A stretch of DNA of 64,000 bases from Candidatus Lindowbacteria bacterium RIFCSPLOWO2_12_FULL_62_27 (GCA_001784175.1 MFPR01000026.1:124001-188000); one strand, 5' to 3'. Shown: positions 51,507 through 59,474, counted from the first letter of the stretch. Translations and numbers: made by a program. The notes: a model not told the origin generated them from the letters alone.

Positions 51507-54286
51507 CTCACGACCGCCAATTTTTCGACGAGCGTGTTCCCGCCGCTCTCCAGCTTGTAAATGTAGACACCAGAGCCTACCTTCTGCCCATTCTTGTCCG
51601 TCGTGTCCCATGTCAGATTATTTGTTCCCGCCGATCCTGACGCACTCAACTCTCGCACCAGCCGACCGCCAACGTCGAAGATTTTGATCGAAACGTCTGC
51701 GGCGGCGGGGAGGTTGAATTTAAACGTCACGATGTCAGTAGCCGGGTTGGGAAACGCAAACGACAGATCTCTTGAGAGTGGCGACGCCAGAAACGGAGCC
51801 AAGTATTCCGGAAGTCCGACCGCCAACGTCAATGCTGTTGCCGATGAGACCAGAGCCGAAGACGCCGTCCGCAAATTCACAGCCCCGCCCGACGTGCCCA
51901 GCAGGTACGCCTCATACTGCGTCGGCAGGTTCTGGACGTTGTCCCACGTCAGCGTCGTGACTCCCATATCCGAAGCGACCAGCACGTCCCACGTCTTGCC
52001 CGCCGTAATCGGTTCGGCATAGGACGCCGCCATCCATTCTTGTGTTCCTTGTGGTCGCACGGCGGTGGACACGTAGCCAGCGGCGACCGGCGGTGCTTCC
52101 AATGCTGACGCCGCCCGGCGTTCGCCCGGAGTCGACTTCACCCCAATATAATTTTGCCAGTCACTTAATCCGGCGGACGTGGCTATAAGTTGAACCGCCC
52201 ATTCGTTGTCCAGCGGCTGACCATATCCGGCGGACAAATATGCCGGAGCCTGATTGAGTATCTCCGTCGCATACGTCTCCGGACTCGTCGGATTTGGCAG
52301 GATGAACATCGTGCAGGATTGATTCGCCTTCACCCAGAATCCCACCATGGGCTTGAGTCCCATCGTGACCAACGACGGCGTCTCACTCGCCGGAGCGTAA
52401 ATGTAATTTGAGCCAGTATACCAGTAGACCTTATTCTGAATGGCATTCGATGCGCCCGCCTGCGCCGGTGTCAGCCTTTGGCTTTGCGGAAGCGCAGTAT
52501 CGTTAACGCCGGACGTGTCGAAGGTAACACCGGAGTCCCAGCTCACGTAGAAGTATTGTCCCGACGCCACCTGGTTCCACCCGACCCGTAAACGCACTTG
52601 CACCGTATCGGATGTGGCGAATCCATCCGAAGGGACGAACACACGCCCACCTGTTCCGTCCTTGACCCAGTAAGCACGACCACGGACTGCGTCGCCGCCG
52701 GGGACGGCATATTTTGTGCCGTTCAGACTCGAATTGTCCGCCGCATTGGCGTCCCACTCGTAAACCGTGGCGTTTGGTAAGCCGCCGGTCGTGCTTTTGA
52801 GATTCCATCCGGCCGGATTTTTATTTGCTCCAACCATGCGCCAGCCCAATCCCAATGTGTTCCCGCCTGCTGGCACGTCCCTACCGTCCGCATATACCGT
52901 AAACACGACCGACTTCGCCGGAGTCACGCTATCGTTTCTGGCTTCGACCCTATAGACTCCCGCCGCCGTGCCCAGTGTGAGCGTGTCCGTCGCATAGCCG
53001 GAGGCGTCCGTGTAGACCGTAGGAGACGAAAGACTCCCGGAGCCGTGCGTGACGGTGAACGTGACCCTTGCTCCCATCACACCGTTGCTCCCTCCGGTGT
53101 CGACCACACGGACGGTCAACGGCAATGCCGCCGACGGTGCGCCCAAGGCGTGATTACCGCTCACAATCACAATCGTGTCAGGCGGTGACGGAAGAACGAT
53201 GGGATTGATTCGGAACACATCGTCTGACGTGTCCGCCGTCGCCGCGTCCGTCGCGCTCACGATCCGAACTTTTGCTTGCGTCGTGTTCAGGTTCGGCACA
53301 GACCACACATACGATCCGGTATTCGTGGTGGACGCAACAATGCTCGACCAAGTCATGCCAGAATCGCTTGAATATTCCAGCCGCACCGTTGATATCGTCC
53401 CTGTATTTGACCACGTCACCGTCTCCGTCGTGCCCGCCTGAAACGAATCGCCGCTATTTGGTCGTGTGAGCGTGAACCCGCCACGAATGGCAAAATTCGC
53501 ATCAGACGTGTCGAACCCTACACCATCCGACACACGGGCACGAATGCCGGTAGCTATTGAATCCGGCACTGTCCACGCATAGCTCCCAGAGTTCGCCGTC
53601 GACGCTGTGATGACGTTCGGGAATGTGAATCCGCTATCGGTTGAATAGTCCAGACGGACGGAGGATATTGTTCCCGTCGATGTCCAAGTAACCGTCCGAG
53701 CATCACCGACCGTCCATATCTCCCCACCGTTCGGGGATGTGAGGCTGAATCCTCCGGCAATCCTGAAATTTGCATCCGACACATCAAGCACGTTGGCGTT
53801 CGCCGAATCCGATACACGGACACGAACGTATTGGCTGATTGAATCAGGGATGTTCCACGCAAAATTTCCGCTATTGGCGGTGTAGGAAATCAGATTCGGG
53901 AACGTCGAACCGCTATCCGTGCTGAATTCTATTTTCACGTTCCCGATACCGGACACCGTCGTCCACAATATATTTTTCGCCGTGCCAACGGCGAGAGTCT
54001 CCCCGCCGTTCGGTGATGCTATGGCAATCGTATCGTCGCCGAACCGTAGGTTATAGATGAAACCATTTTTGGAGACGAACGATGTGCTGGTCATCGTGTC
54101 TATTGCCGGTTGCCCAGCGGAGCCTAACAACCGAAAACTTAGTGATGAAATGCTGTCGCCGCCGTTATCATTGACGGAGACACGAATCTTGAAATTTGAT
54201 GAGGTCATCGACGAATATGACGAACTCGCCTGCACCAACAGAATGCAGATGATTAATGCCCTCTTGCATAAGTCCTGGAAGAACAA
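51503..54286 (-). CDS. Large secreted Ig-like-repeat surface protein with C-terminal FlgD/T9SS-A-like domain
   Basis: Signal peptide; three SPNGGE...W...EYSTD.G...N.G.Y.W.VP repeats; Big_1-like domain; C-terminal FPNP...IFDVGGRLV...WD....G..VGSGVYIY. Confidence 0.8.
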   Translation of the reverse strand: MFFQDLCKRALIICILLVQASSSYSSMTSSNFKIRVSVNDNGGDSISSLSFRLLGSAGQPAIDTMTSTSFVSKNGFIYNLRFGDDTIAIASPNGGETLAVGTAKNILWTTVSGIGNVKIEFSTDSGSTFPNLISYTANSGNFAWNIPDSISQYVRVRVSDSANANVLDVSDANFRIAGGFSLTSPNGGEIWTVGDARTVTWTSTGTISSVRLDYSTDSGFTFPNVITASTANSGSYAWTVPDSIATGIRARVSDGVGFDTSDANFAIRGGFTLTRPNSGDSFQAGTTETVTWSNTGTISTVRLEYSSDSGMTWSSIVASTTNTGSYVWSVPNLNTTQAKVRIVSATDAATADTSDDVFRINPIVLPSPPDTIVIVSGNHALGAPSAALPLTVRVVDTGGSNGVMGARVTFTVTHGSGSLSSPTVYTDASGYATDTLTLGTAAGVYRVEARNDSVTPAKSVVFTVYADGRDVPAGGNTLGLGWRMVGANKNPAGWNLKSTTGGLPNATVYEWDANAADNSSLNGTKYAVPGGDAVRGRAYWVKDGTGGRVFVPSDGFATSDTVQVRLRVGWNQVASGQYFYVSWDSGVTFDTSGVNDTALPQSQRLTPAQAGASNAIQNKVYWYTGSNYIYAPASETPSLVTMGLKPMVGFWVKANQSCTMFILPNPTSPETYATEILNQAPAYLSAGYGQPLDNEWAVQLIATSAGLSDWQNYIGVKSTPGERRAASALEAPPVAAGYVSTAVRPQGTQEWMAASYAEPITAGKTWDVLVASDMGVTTLTWDNVQNLPTQYEAYLLGTSGGAVNLRTASSALVSSATALTLAVGLPEYLAPFLASPLSRDLSFAFPNPATDIVTFKFNLPAAADVSIKIFDVGGRLVRELSASGSAGTNNLTWDTTDKNGQKVGSGVYIYKLESGGNTLVEKLAVVR

Positions 54287-54310
54287 TTTAGTGTGTATGG
54301 ACAGCCTCTA

Positions 54311-55441
54311 TTATTTGGATATCCAACATCGAAATGAGAATAAAGCAGTCCTAGGAGTGGCTGTGGCATCAGCGAATATATAATCCAATGAATTGGTCTG
54401 AGTCGTAGCGACAGTGAAGGTCTGCCTATCCATCCCGAAGTCGGATAGCCACTCTCTGTCATCAAGTTTATTCAACAGCGAATAATTATTCATTGACACG
54501 TACCACTCTGCGGCGGTTGGCAGTCTTCCCCCATACTTAACAAAACACGTATTCGTTGCGTTAAACCATGAATCTGTGCCCTCTTCGTCGGTCTGCATAC
54601 AACCTAACTGATAGCCAGCAGATTTTATGCTCGTAAAATTTACCGGACATATAATCTCCAGCAATGCTGTCGGATTTGTGACGCCGATCCCTACATAGGC
54701 TGAATCAGATGAAATCACAAAAGTGCCCGTTTGATTGGTAGCAGTAACATTGAACAATCCGATAGGATTTGATGTGCCCAATGTCATATTACCACTTGTA
54801 CTAACGAATGCCGTTGCCGTTACTGTGCCGCTCACGTCTAATGCAGTAGCCGGATTAAGCTTCCCAATGCCGACATTGCCGCTCTCTTTCACAGTCAATG
54901 CTGTGTCCTGCACGGTAAATGTGTCCCGGACTCTGACGTTGCCTGCCACATCCAGTTTCGCCCCCGGATTGGACGTGCCTATACCGACCTTGCCGCTCAA
55001 TGTCGCTGTCTCCGCCACCGTGAACGCACCGGATGCTTGTGCGGAGCCAGCCAAAAATGCGGCGGTGTCCGCATAAAGAGCATACGGCGAGGACATCAGT
55101 CTCCGGCGTGGTGTCATTTCCGCATCACCGGCGACGGTAATGCCAAGCCAATACTGGGTATCAAACGGCAACGACAACGCCGTCACACTTCCAAGCTCCA
55201 CGTCGAAGACGCCGCTTGTGACGGACACCGATGACTGCGCTTCGGTCCACAACGCCGACCCGCCGGACGGGACGTTATACAACTTGAAAGTCATCGCATA
55301 CGTTCCTGTCAGGCGTGCGCCGACGGAATCAGTAAGCTGACCCTGAAATGAAATCAGGCGTGGTGCGGATGCGGTTGCAGATATAGCAAGCGACATCGTC
55401 AGGAATAAAAAAATTGAACCGATTCTGCTGGTTTTAGTCAT
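54311..55441 (-). CDS. Secreted fibre-like protein with C-terminal C-type-lectin/FGE-like domain
   Basis: SD GGAGGT; signal peptide; ISFQGQLTD...SSPYA domain; G(N/K)VGIG repeats; WFNA...C...GGRLPTAAEW...EW...FRC terminus. Confidence 0.7.
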   Translation of the reverse strand: MTKTSRIGSIFLFLTMSLAISATASAPRLISFQGQLTDSVGARLTGTYAMTFKLYNVPSGGSALWTEAQSSVSVTSGVFDVELGSVTALSLPFDTQYWLGITVAGDAEMTPRRRLMSSPYALYADTAAFLAGSAQASGAFTVAETATLSGKVGIGTSNPGAKLDVAGNVRVRDTFTVQDTALTVKESGNVGIGKLNPATALDVSGTVTATAFVSTSGNMTLGTSNPIGLFNVTATNQTGTFVISSDSAYVGIGVTNPTALLEIICPVNFTSIKSAGYQLGCMQTDEEGTDSWFNATNTCFVKYGGRLPTAAEWYVSMNNYSLLNKLDDREWLSDFGMDRQTFTVATTQTNSLDYIFADATATPRTALFSFRCWISK

Positions 55442-55487
55442 GTCTGATACCTCCGAGTTTTAATTTTTGTTGCGTGGCGTCACGCCC

Positions 55488-56072
55488 CTATCTATTTGAA
55501 TAAAAATAGATGTCAGCGTTTGTATGCAACCCAATGCACTTCCGCAAGGATTCGGCAGGTGCAGAACGGCTCCCTTGCCCTCCGCGAAAGACTCCTCTTA
55601 TTCCCCACTCCACTTTTTTCCTGCCTTTGATATTTTTCAGTTCGGGATTGACCAATAAGGATTGTCGGATTAGAAATTTCTCAAGCTTTCTTATATGTGT
55701 CTCATTTATTCGTCCTTGCTTTTTCGGGGATGTCAAAATGAAAAGTACGGGGGTTCCCTTACGTTCGGCAATTATCGGAGCGATAAAACGAACTATATTA
55801 CGGTCATTCAACGCTTCGTCTTTAAAAGTTCTCAGAGTCATTCCCACGTAATACGGCGTCAGTCCTTTTGTTCGAATGGCGAAAACATAACAGCCTTTTC
55901 TCCCTGCGATATCCTTACGACCTGCCCAAAAAAGTTCCCTTGTCGTATCGGTCATTCCCCGCGTCTTCTTATCTAAGGGAATCTCAAAGGGTCCATGAAC
56001 ATCGAACATTGTTATGCGGGTGTTTGACATTTTTCTCAGGTGGGTCTGCGACAAATCCCGGCTTGTTTCCAT
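55488..56072 (-). CDS. GIY-YIG superfamily nuclease
   Basis: GCYVF...YYVG, later E (KLEKFLI) and N (ELKN); SD GGAGG 6 nt before ATG 56072 (alternative start 56030). Confidence 0.7.
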   Translation of the reverse strand: METSRDLSQTHLRKMSNTRITMFDVHGPFEIPLDKKTRGMTDTTRELFWAGRKDIAGRKGCYVFAIRTKGLTPYYVGMTLRTFKDEALNDRNIVRFIAPIIAERKGTPVLFILTSPKKQGRINETHIRKLEKFLIRQSLLVNPELKNIKGRKKVEWGIRGVFRGGQGSRSAPAESLRKCIGLHTNADIYFYSNR

Positions 56073-56086
56073 GCCCTGCCTCCGAC

Positions 56087-56110
56087 AAAAAAGGGACGAG
56101 GATGCCGTCC
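56087..56110 (-). terminator. Intrinsic terminator between the structured RNA and the GIY-YIG gene
   Basis: Minus strand GGACG-GCATCCT-CGTCC-C-TTTTTT. Confidence 0.6.
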
Positions 56111-56400
56111 AGTTTTGTGTCACCAGCGAGGTTGCACAGACAGGACTCCCTTTCGGGATGTTGGCATCTCCGCCCCACACATAGTCGATGTGGAGACAGA
56201 GCATTCCTGTCCGTGCATAAAAACATTATGGTCGCTGGTGACACCTCTGCGGCACAAAGCCGCAACGCCCACATCTTCGCACACCTCGCCCTGTGCGGCA
56301 AGGTCGGATTTTCGTCGGGGGCGGGAGAGGACACTATGTGCGGGCGGCGCGGATCGCCGTCGACCCCCGCCACGGCGTGGAAAACGCCATCCACGGAGGC
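56087..56400 (-). ncRNA. Putative unrecognised structured RNA
   Basis: Nested 13-bp helices 56117-56129/56232-56244 and 56133-56145/56205-56217, a G-U-rich 14-bp hairpin, a GAAA tetraloop hairpin and further upstream hairpins. Confidence 0.6.
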
Positions 56401-56419
56401 GGCTGGGGCTGGCGAACAG

Positions 56420-56701
56420 TCAGAGAATCAAAAAACTGTTGTGCTCTATGTCGAGCCGATGTACATCATGTTTGGATAGTGTGTTCCCCTGCGAGATGTA
56501 TAGACGGTCACCGCACTGTGGGTTGCCCTTTTCAGGCGAGCGGGGTTGTTTTGACCCGCTCGATTTTTTTCCCCACTCGCCGCCGTAGTCGACCTTCATC
56601 GAGCGCAAGACCGCCACGTCTTTCGGCGTTTCGGGCGTGAGGATTTTGAATTCCCTCCCATCCTCCGCGATGATTATTGTTTCTCTCATGGCTCTCACCA
56701 C
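56420..56701 (-). CDS. Hypothetical protein
   Basis: Co-oriented ORF overlapping the upstream gene end; no recognised motif. Confidence 0.45.
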   Translation of the reverse strand: MVRAMRETIIIAEDGREFKILTPETPKDVAVLRSMKVDYGGEWGKKSSGSKQPRSPEKGNPQCGDRLYISQGNTLSKHDVHRLDIEHNSFLIL

Positions 56702-57012
56702 TTCGGCGATTCGCCACGCTCCTCCATTTGCTTCCCCACCAATTCATACTCGTCCCATTCTTTCGACCAAGTTGCTTTGATCTTCCCAAGTTCGACCAAG
56801 TCCGCACAGGACGCAAGCTCAGCCAAACGTCTGACAAAGCCGCCCCCATACTTATGCATGGCGGCGATTGTCCATCGGCGGCGTTCGAATTCTTCATCGC
56901 GTTCTTTCATTTTACGTCGCCTCATCCGTGCAACAATCCGAAGCCAATTCTTGTTGACAGGGTCGGCGTCGATGTTGATGATTTTCTCGTCGTCGCTCGC
57001 ATCGTCGCTCAA
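56695..57012 (-). CDS. Small phage-like hypothetical protein
   Basis: TTGA-coupled start; M.KYGGGFV..LA.....AD...KI...W..EW..Y pattern reminiscent of phage ORFs. Confidence 0.6.
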   Translation of the reverse strand: MSDDASDDEKIINIDADPVNKNWLRIVARMRRRKMKERDEEFERRRWTIAAMHKYGGGFVRRLAELASCADLVELGKIKATWSKEWDEYELVGKQMEERGESPKW

Positions 57013-57428
57013 TCGGCTTCGTCCGCCTTGAAAATGGTTATCACGGGTTCGAGATTGTCCCCACCGTGGCACTGCGCCCGAAGCAGAACCGGGACCGGCG
57101 GCTTGTTCGGCGTCATTACGAAGAGCGGTGCGATCCTCACAATGTCCGTCGATCCCGACGCCGATTTGATTGCGTATCGCAAAATCGTCAGCATGTCCCA
57201 GCATCGTCCGACCGTGTCAGTTTCTGGGATATCATTTCGTTCGAGGACATCGTGCCACACGGCTGATGTCACGCAGAGCGAAAATTTTATCCCGACCTCA
57301 CGCGCCAACTCGGATATGTCGAGAAGTGTTCCATCCCGGATCGCGTCCGCCCGCGTGAAGGCATAGATGAGGTCCGACTCGTTGAATATTGACTCGGAGC
57401 GGACTGCTATCGTTTCTGTGTTAATCAA
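57009..57428 (-). CDS. DUF6573-like protein
   Basis: FTRADAIRDGTLLD...TSAVW...GRCWDML...GGDNLEPVITI; SD GGAGGT before TTG. Confidence 0.65.
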   Translation of the reverse strand: MINTETIAVRSESIFNESDLIYAFTRADAIRDGTLLDISELAREVGIKFSLCVTSAVWHDVLERNDIPETDTVGRCWDMLTILRYAIKSASGSTDIVRIAPLFVMTPNKPPVPVLLRAQCHGGDNLEPVITIFKADEAD

Positions 57429-57444
57429 TCTGACCACCTCCAGT

Positions 57445-57762
57445 TTATTTCTCGTAGTTCCACGCTTGTGCCCGCCGCATGATGTCCCATACGGCGTGAT
57501 ATACCGCCGCTCGTTTTCCGTCGACGATGCTCGCCTTGAAGTTCCCATAGTCAATCGCTCTGATTCGTCTGGCGATTCCATCGGCTACCACGTCCTCATC
57601 GATGGACGCACGGAATGGATAATCAAATTTTGGAGTCTGCCTGACTCTGGCGGTTGGAAATATTCGACCGATGTCGCGGGGGAAGCGGCTTCTTACCAGC
57701 AAATTCTTTTTATTCGATTCATCTCGCACGATACTCAAAAAACTGTCCGCAAATATCCACAT
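57445..57762 (-). CDS. Conserved phage-type hypothetical protein
   Basis: MWIF..SFLSIV...LLVRSR...DYPFRA...IDYGNFK...VW pattern. Confidence 0.65.
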   Translation of the reverse strand: MWIFADSFLSIVRDESNKKNLLVRSRFPRDIGRIFPTARVRQTPKFDYPFRASIDEDVVADGIARRIRAIDYGNFKASIVDGKRAAVYHAVWDIMRRAQAWNYEK

Positions 57763-57775
57763 GGCGTTTCTCCTG

Positions 57776-58006
57776 TCACTTCATTGGTCGCCCCACCTTT
57801 AACTCTCCCGTGCGTTTCTGGAATTTGCCACGTCGTTTCTTTTCCAAGCTGTCCACCGCCTCCGTAAGCGCACACTCTGTAAGTTCGGACAGCGTCAGCC
57901 CCGGCGTCCAGAACACGGCGTTCTTCACGCGGTCGATGATGTCGGTCGATACGTGGATCGTCAGGCGTTCTTTTTTCGGCTTCTCAGTCTTCGCGTTGGG
58001 CTTCAT
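57776..58006 (-). CDS. Ribbon-helix-helix/partition-type DNA-binding protein
   Basis: RLTIHV beta-strand followed by two helices (DRVKNAVFWTPGLTLSEL); no parA seen. Confidence 0.6.
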   Translation of the reverse strand: MKPNAKTEKPKKERLTIHVSTDIIDRVKNAVFWTPGLTLSELTECALTEAVDSLEKKRRGKFQKRTGELKVGRPMK

Positions 58007-58023
58007 GTCTTCTCCGTTATTTT

Positions 58024-58051
58024 CCTTACGATAATGCGTGTTTTGTTAAAG
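58024..58051. promoter_or_regulatory. dif-like recombination site
   Basis: CCTTACGATAA-TGCGTG-TTTTGTTAAAG; 11-6-11 layout, right arm close to the XerD arm TTATGTTAAAT. Confidence 0.5.
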
Positions 58052-58055
58052 ATAG

Positions 58056-59045
58056 TCATACGCTCGCCGCCACAAGACTGGCTACATCCCCAGCCAAGTC
58101 CGTGCGGTTATCGTCGTAGGCATATAGTGTCCGAACATCCTTATGCCGCGAAAATCTTTGTACAGCCCTGACATTCCCGTTCGTCAAATCCAGCGCGGTC
58201 GTAATAGCTTCGTGCCTGACGCCGTGTGGTCGGACTCGCACACCTGCTTTATCTCCCAACTCTCGTATAACCAGATACAGCCCCGTTCCTGTTATACGAT
58301 TGCCCTTTCCCGTTCCACCATGAATTAAATTGGTGAACAGTGCCCCCGGCTCTGGACCACGGACATCAAGCCACGCTTGAACAGCCAACTTGGTTTTGTC
58401 AGGTAGTGTCAGATTCAATTTTTGTGTCTGTCCTTTTCCGAGCACGGCAATTGTCCCGGCGTTCGTGTCCACGTCGTCCACGTCCAACGACACGATCTCG
58501 CCCCGTCGAAGACCAAGTCCATGCAGGAGTCGCAGAATCGCACGGTCACGAATGCCTTTCCTGTCATTACGGTTCTCCAACTTCAACAAAAGAGACCTCA
58601 CACCTTCCCTGCCGGGGCCACGGGTGTCACGATATTTTTCTGCTTTCAGGTTCTCGACCTCCAGCCGCCACTGGACGATGCCCAGAGTAGACGCCAGCTT
58701 CACCAGAGACCGCAAAGCCGCCAGCCGTCGATTGATGGTCGTCGCTTGGAGACCCTTCTGGATCAGGTCGGATTTGTATGCAAGAGCCAGACCGTTCGCC
58801 TCGCCGTTCCCACGTGACAATAGAAGCCGTGCGGCATCGTCCAGCGTTCCCGAACCGACAAACGACCGGAAGCCTTCAAGGTCTTGGCGGTATGCTCGGA
58901 TCGTCCGCTCGTTTCTGCCCGACAAGAAGGCGGAGACCAGAGCGGCGGCGTCTGTGCGGCGGGTTGCTATAAAGGTGAAGTTGGCTTCCTGTGGGGTGAT
59001 GGTGGTTGGTTCTGATTTAACGAGCGTTGCGGTAACCATGACCAT
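58056..59045 (-). CDS. Second tyrosine recombinase (XerC/D-like resolvase)
   Basis: TIRAYRQDL, NRRLAALRSL, GLRRGE, GKG, HGVRH, SRH, YDD. Confidence 0.92.
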   Translation of the reverse strand: MVMVTATLVKSEPTTITPQEANFTFIATRRTDAAALVSAFLSGRNERTIRAYRQDLEGFRSFVGSGTLDDAARLLLSRGNGEANGLALAYKSDLIQKGLQATTINRRLAALRSLVKLASTLGIVQWRLEVENLKAEKYRDTRGPGREGVRSLLLKLENRNDRKGIRDRAILRLLHGLGLRRGEIVSLDVDDVDTNAGTIAVLGKGQTQKLNLTLPDKTKLAVQAWLDVRGPEPGALFTNLIHGGTGKGNRITGTGLYLVIRELGDKAGVRVRPHGVRHEAITTALDLTNGNVRAVQRFSRHKDVRTLYAYDDNRTDLAGDVASLVAASV

Positions 59046-59049
59046 CTAT

Positions 59050-59078
59050 ATAGTAACAAAAGGGAACGTTTATGTCAA
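59050..59078 (-). promoter_or_regulatory. Promoter of the second recombinase, overlapped by an imperfect inverted repeat
   Basis: Minus strand TTGACA-N17-TACTAT with TG extension; plus strand TAACAAAA-N8-TTATGTCA. Confidence 0.6.
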
Positions 59079-59168
59079 AAGGGGGTGCTTTCAGGGCTGT
59101 TTGAGAGTCAAGGCGTTAGAATATTTGTTTCCCATGCACTCGGTAGACGCCTACAAGCCCTCGAAAAT

Positions 59169-59187
59169 TTGATGCAAAGTTGATGGA
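59169..59187. promoter_or_regulatory. Putative integrase arm-type sites (right)
   Basis: TTGATGCAAAGTTGATGGA, 18/19 identical to 45752-45770. Confidence 0.65.
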
Positions 59188-59319
59188 GATTTCGGACGAA
59201 ACGGACGGTAGACAGGTGCGGATAGAAGGTATGCGGTTGCGGATTGACCTGATTGACAGTCAGGCGGTTAGGTTGGGATGCCTGTGCAAATTAAGGAGTA
59301 ATGAAAAATGCCGTTCTTC

Positions 59320-59363
59320 GCCCCTCAAGCTGGTGCGTCTGCCAAATTCCGCCATCCCGGCGC
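59320..59363 (-). repeat. Right att core: displaced 5' fragment of tRNA-Leu
   Basis: Identical to 45658-45701; covers the tRNA 5' end through the anticodon loop. Confidence 0.95.
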
Positions 59364-59459
59364 CATGGGCGGCGCGCCAATTCGATACTCCATATATAAG
59401 GACATCACGCCCAAAGTCAATGGGTGGGGCTTGACAACGAGATCCAAATTTGTTGTATT

Positions 59460-59474
59460 TGCAATTCAATTGCA
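59460..59474. promoter_or_regulatory. 7-1-7 inverted repeat (Fur-family-like operator)
   Basis: TGCAATT-C-AATTGCA, perfect, downstream of TTGACA (59431) and before the porin SD. Confidence 0.55.

Larger units (their letters stand above)
45658..59363 (-). mobile_element. tRNA-Leu-integrated element (phage-satellite-like or integrative plasmid-like)
   Basis: 44-bp terminal direct repeats, integrase next to att, replication module, visibly lower GC, all genes co-oriented; no capsid, terminase or conjugation genes recognised. Confidence 0.92.

Noticed and set aside
55984-56394. 136-aa minus-strand ORF and overlapping plus-strand ORFs over the structured region
   Set aside because: Atypical composition, overlap with the GIY-YIG start and an internal terminator; base-pairing explains the sequence better.
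54311-56400. Complete DGR or retron
   Set aside because: No reverse transcriptase and no template/variable repeat pair are visible in the window.
55488-56400. Group I intron with homing endonuclease, or 6S/SRP RNA or a known riboswitch
   Set aside because: No interrupted host gene and no diagnostic conserved core recognised by eye; cannot be fully excluded without cmscan.
45658-59363. Intact prophage or ICE
   Set aside because: No structural, packaging, lysis, relaxase or T4SS genes were recognised.
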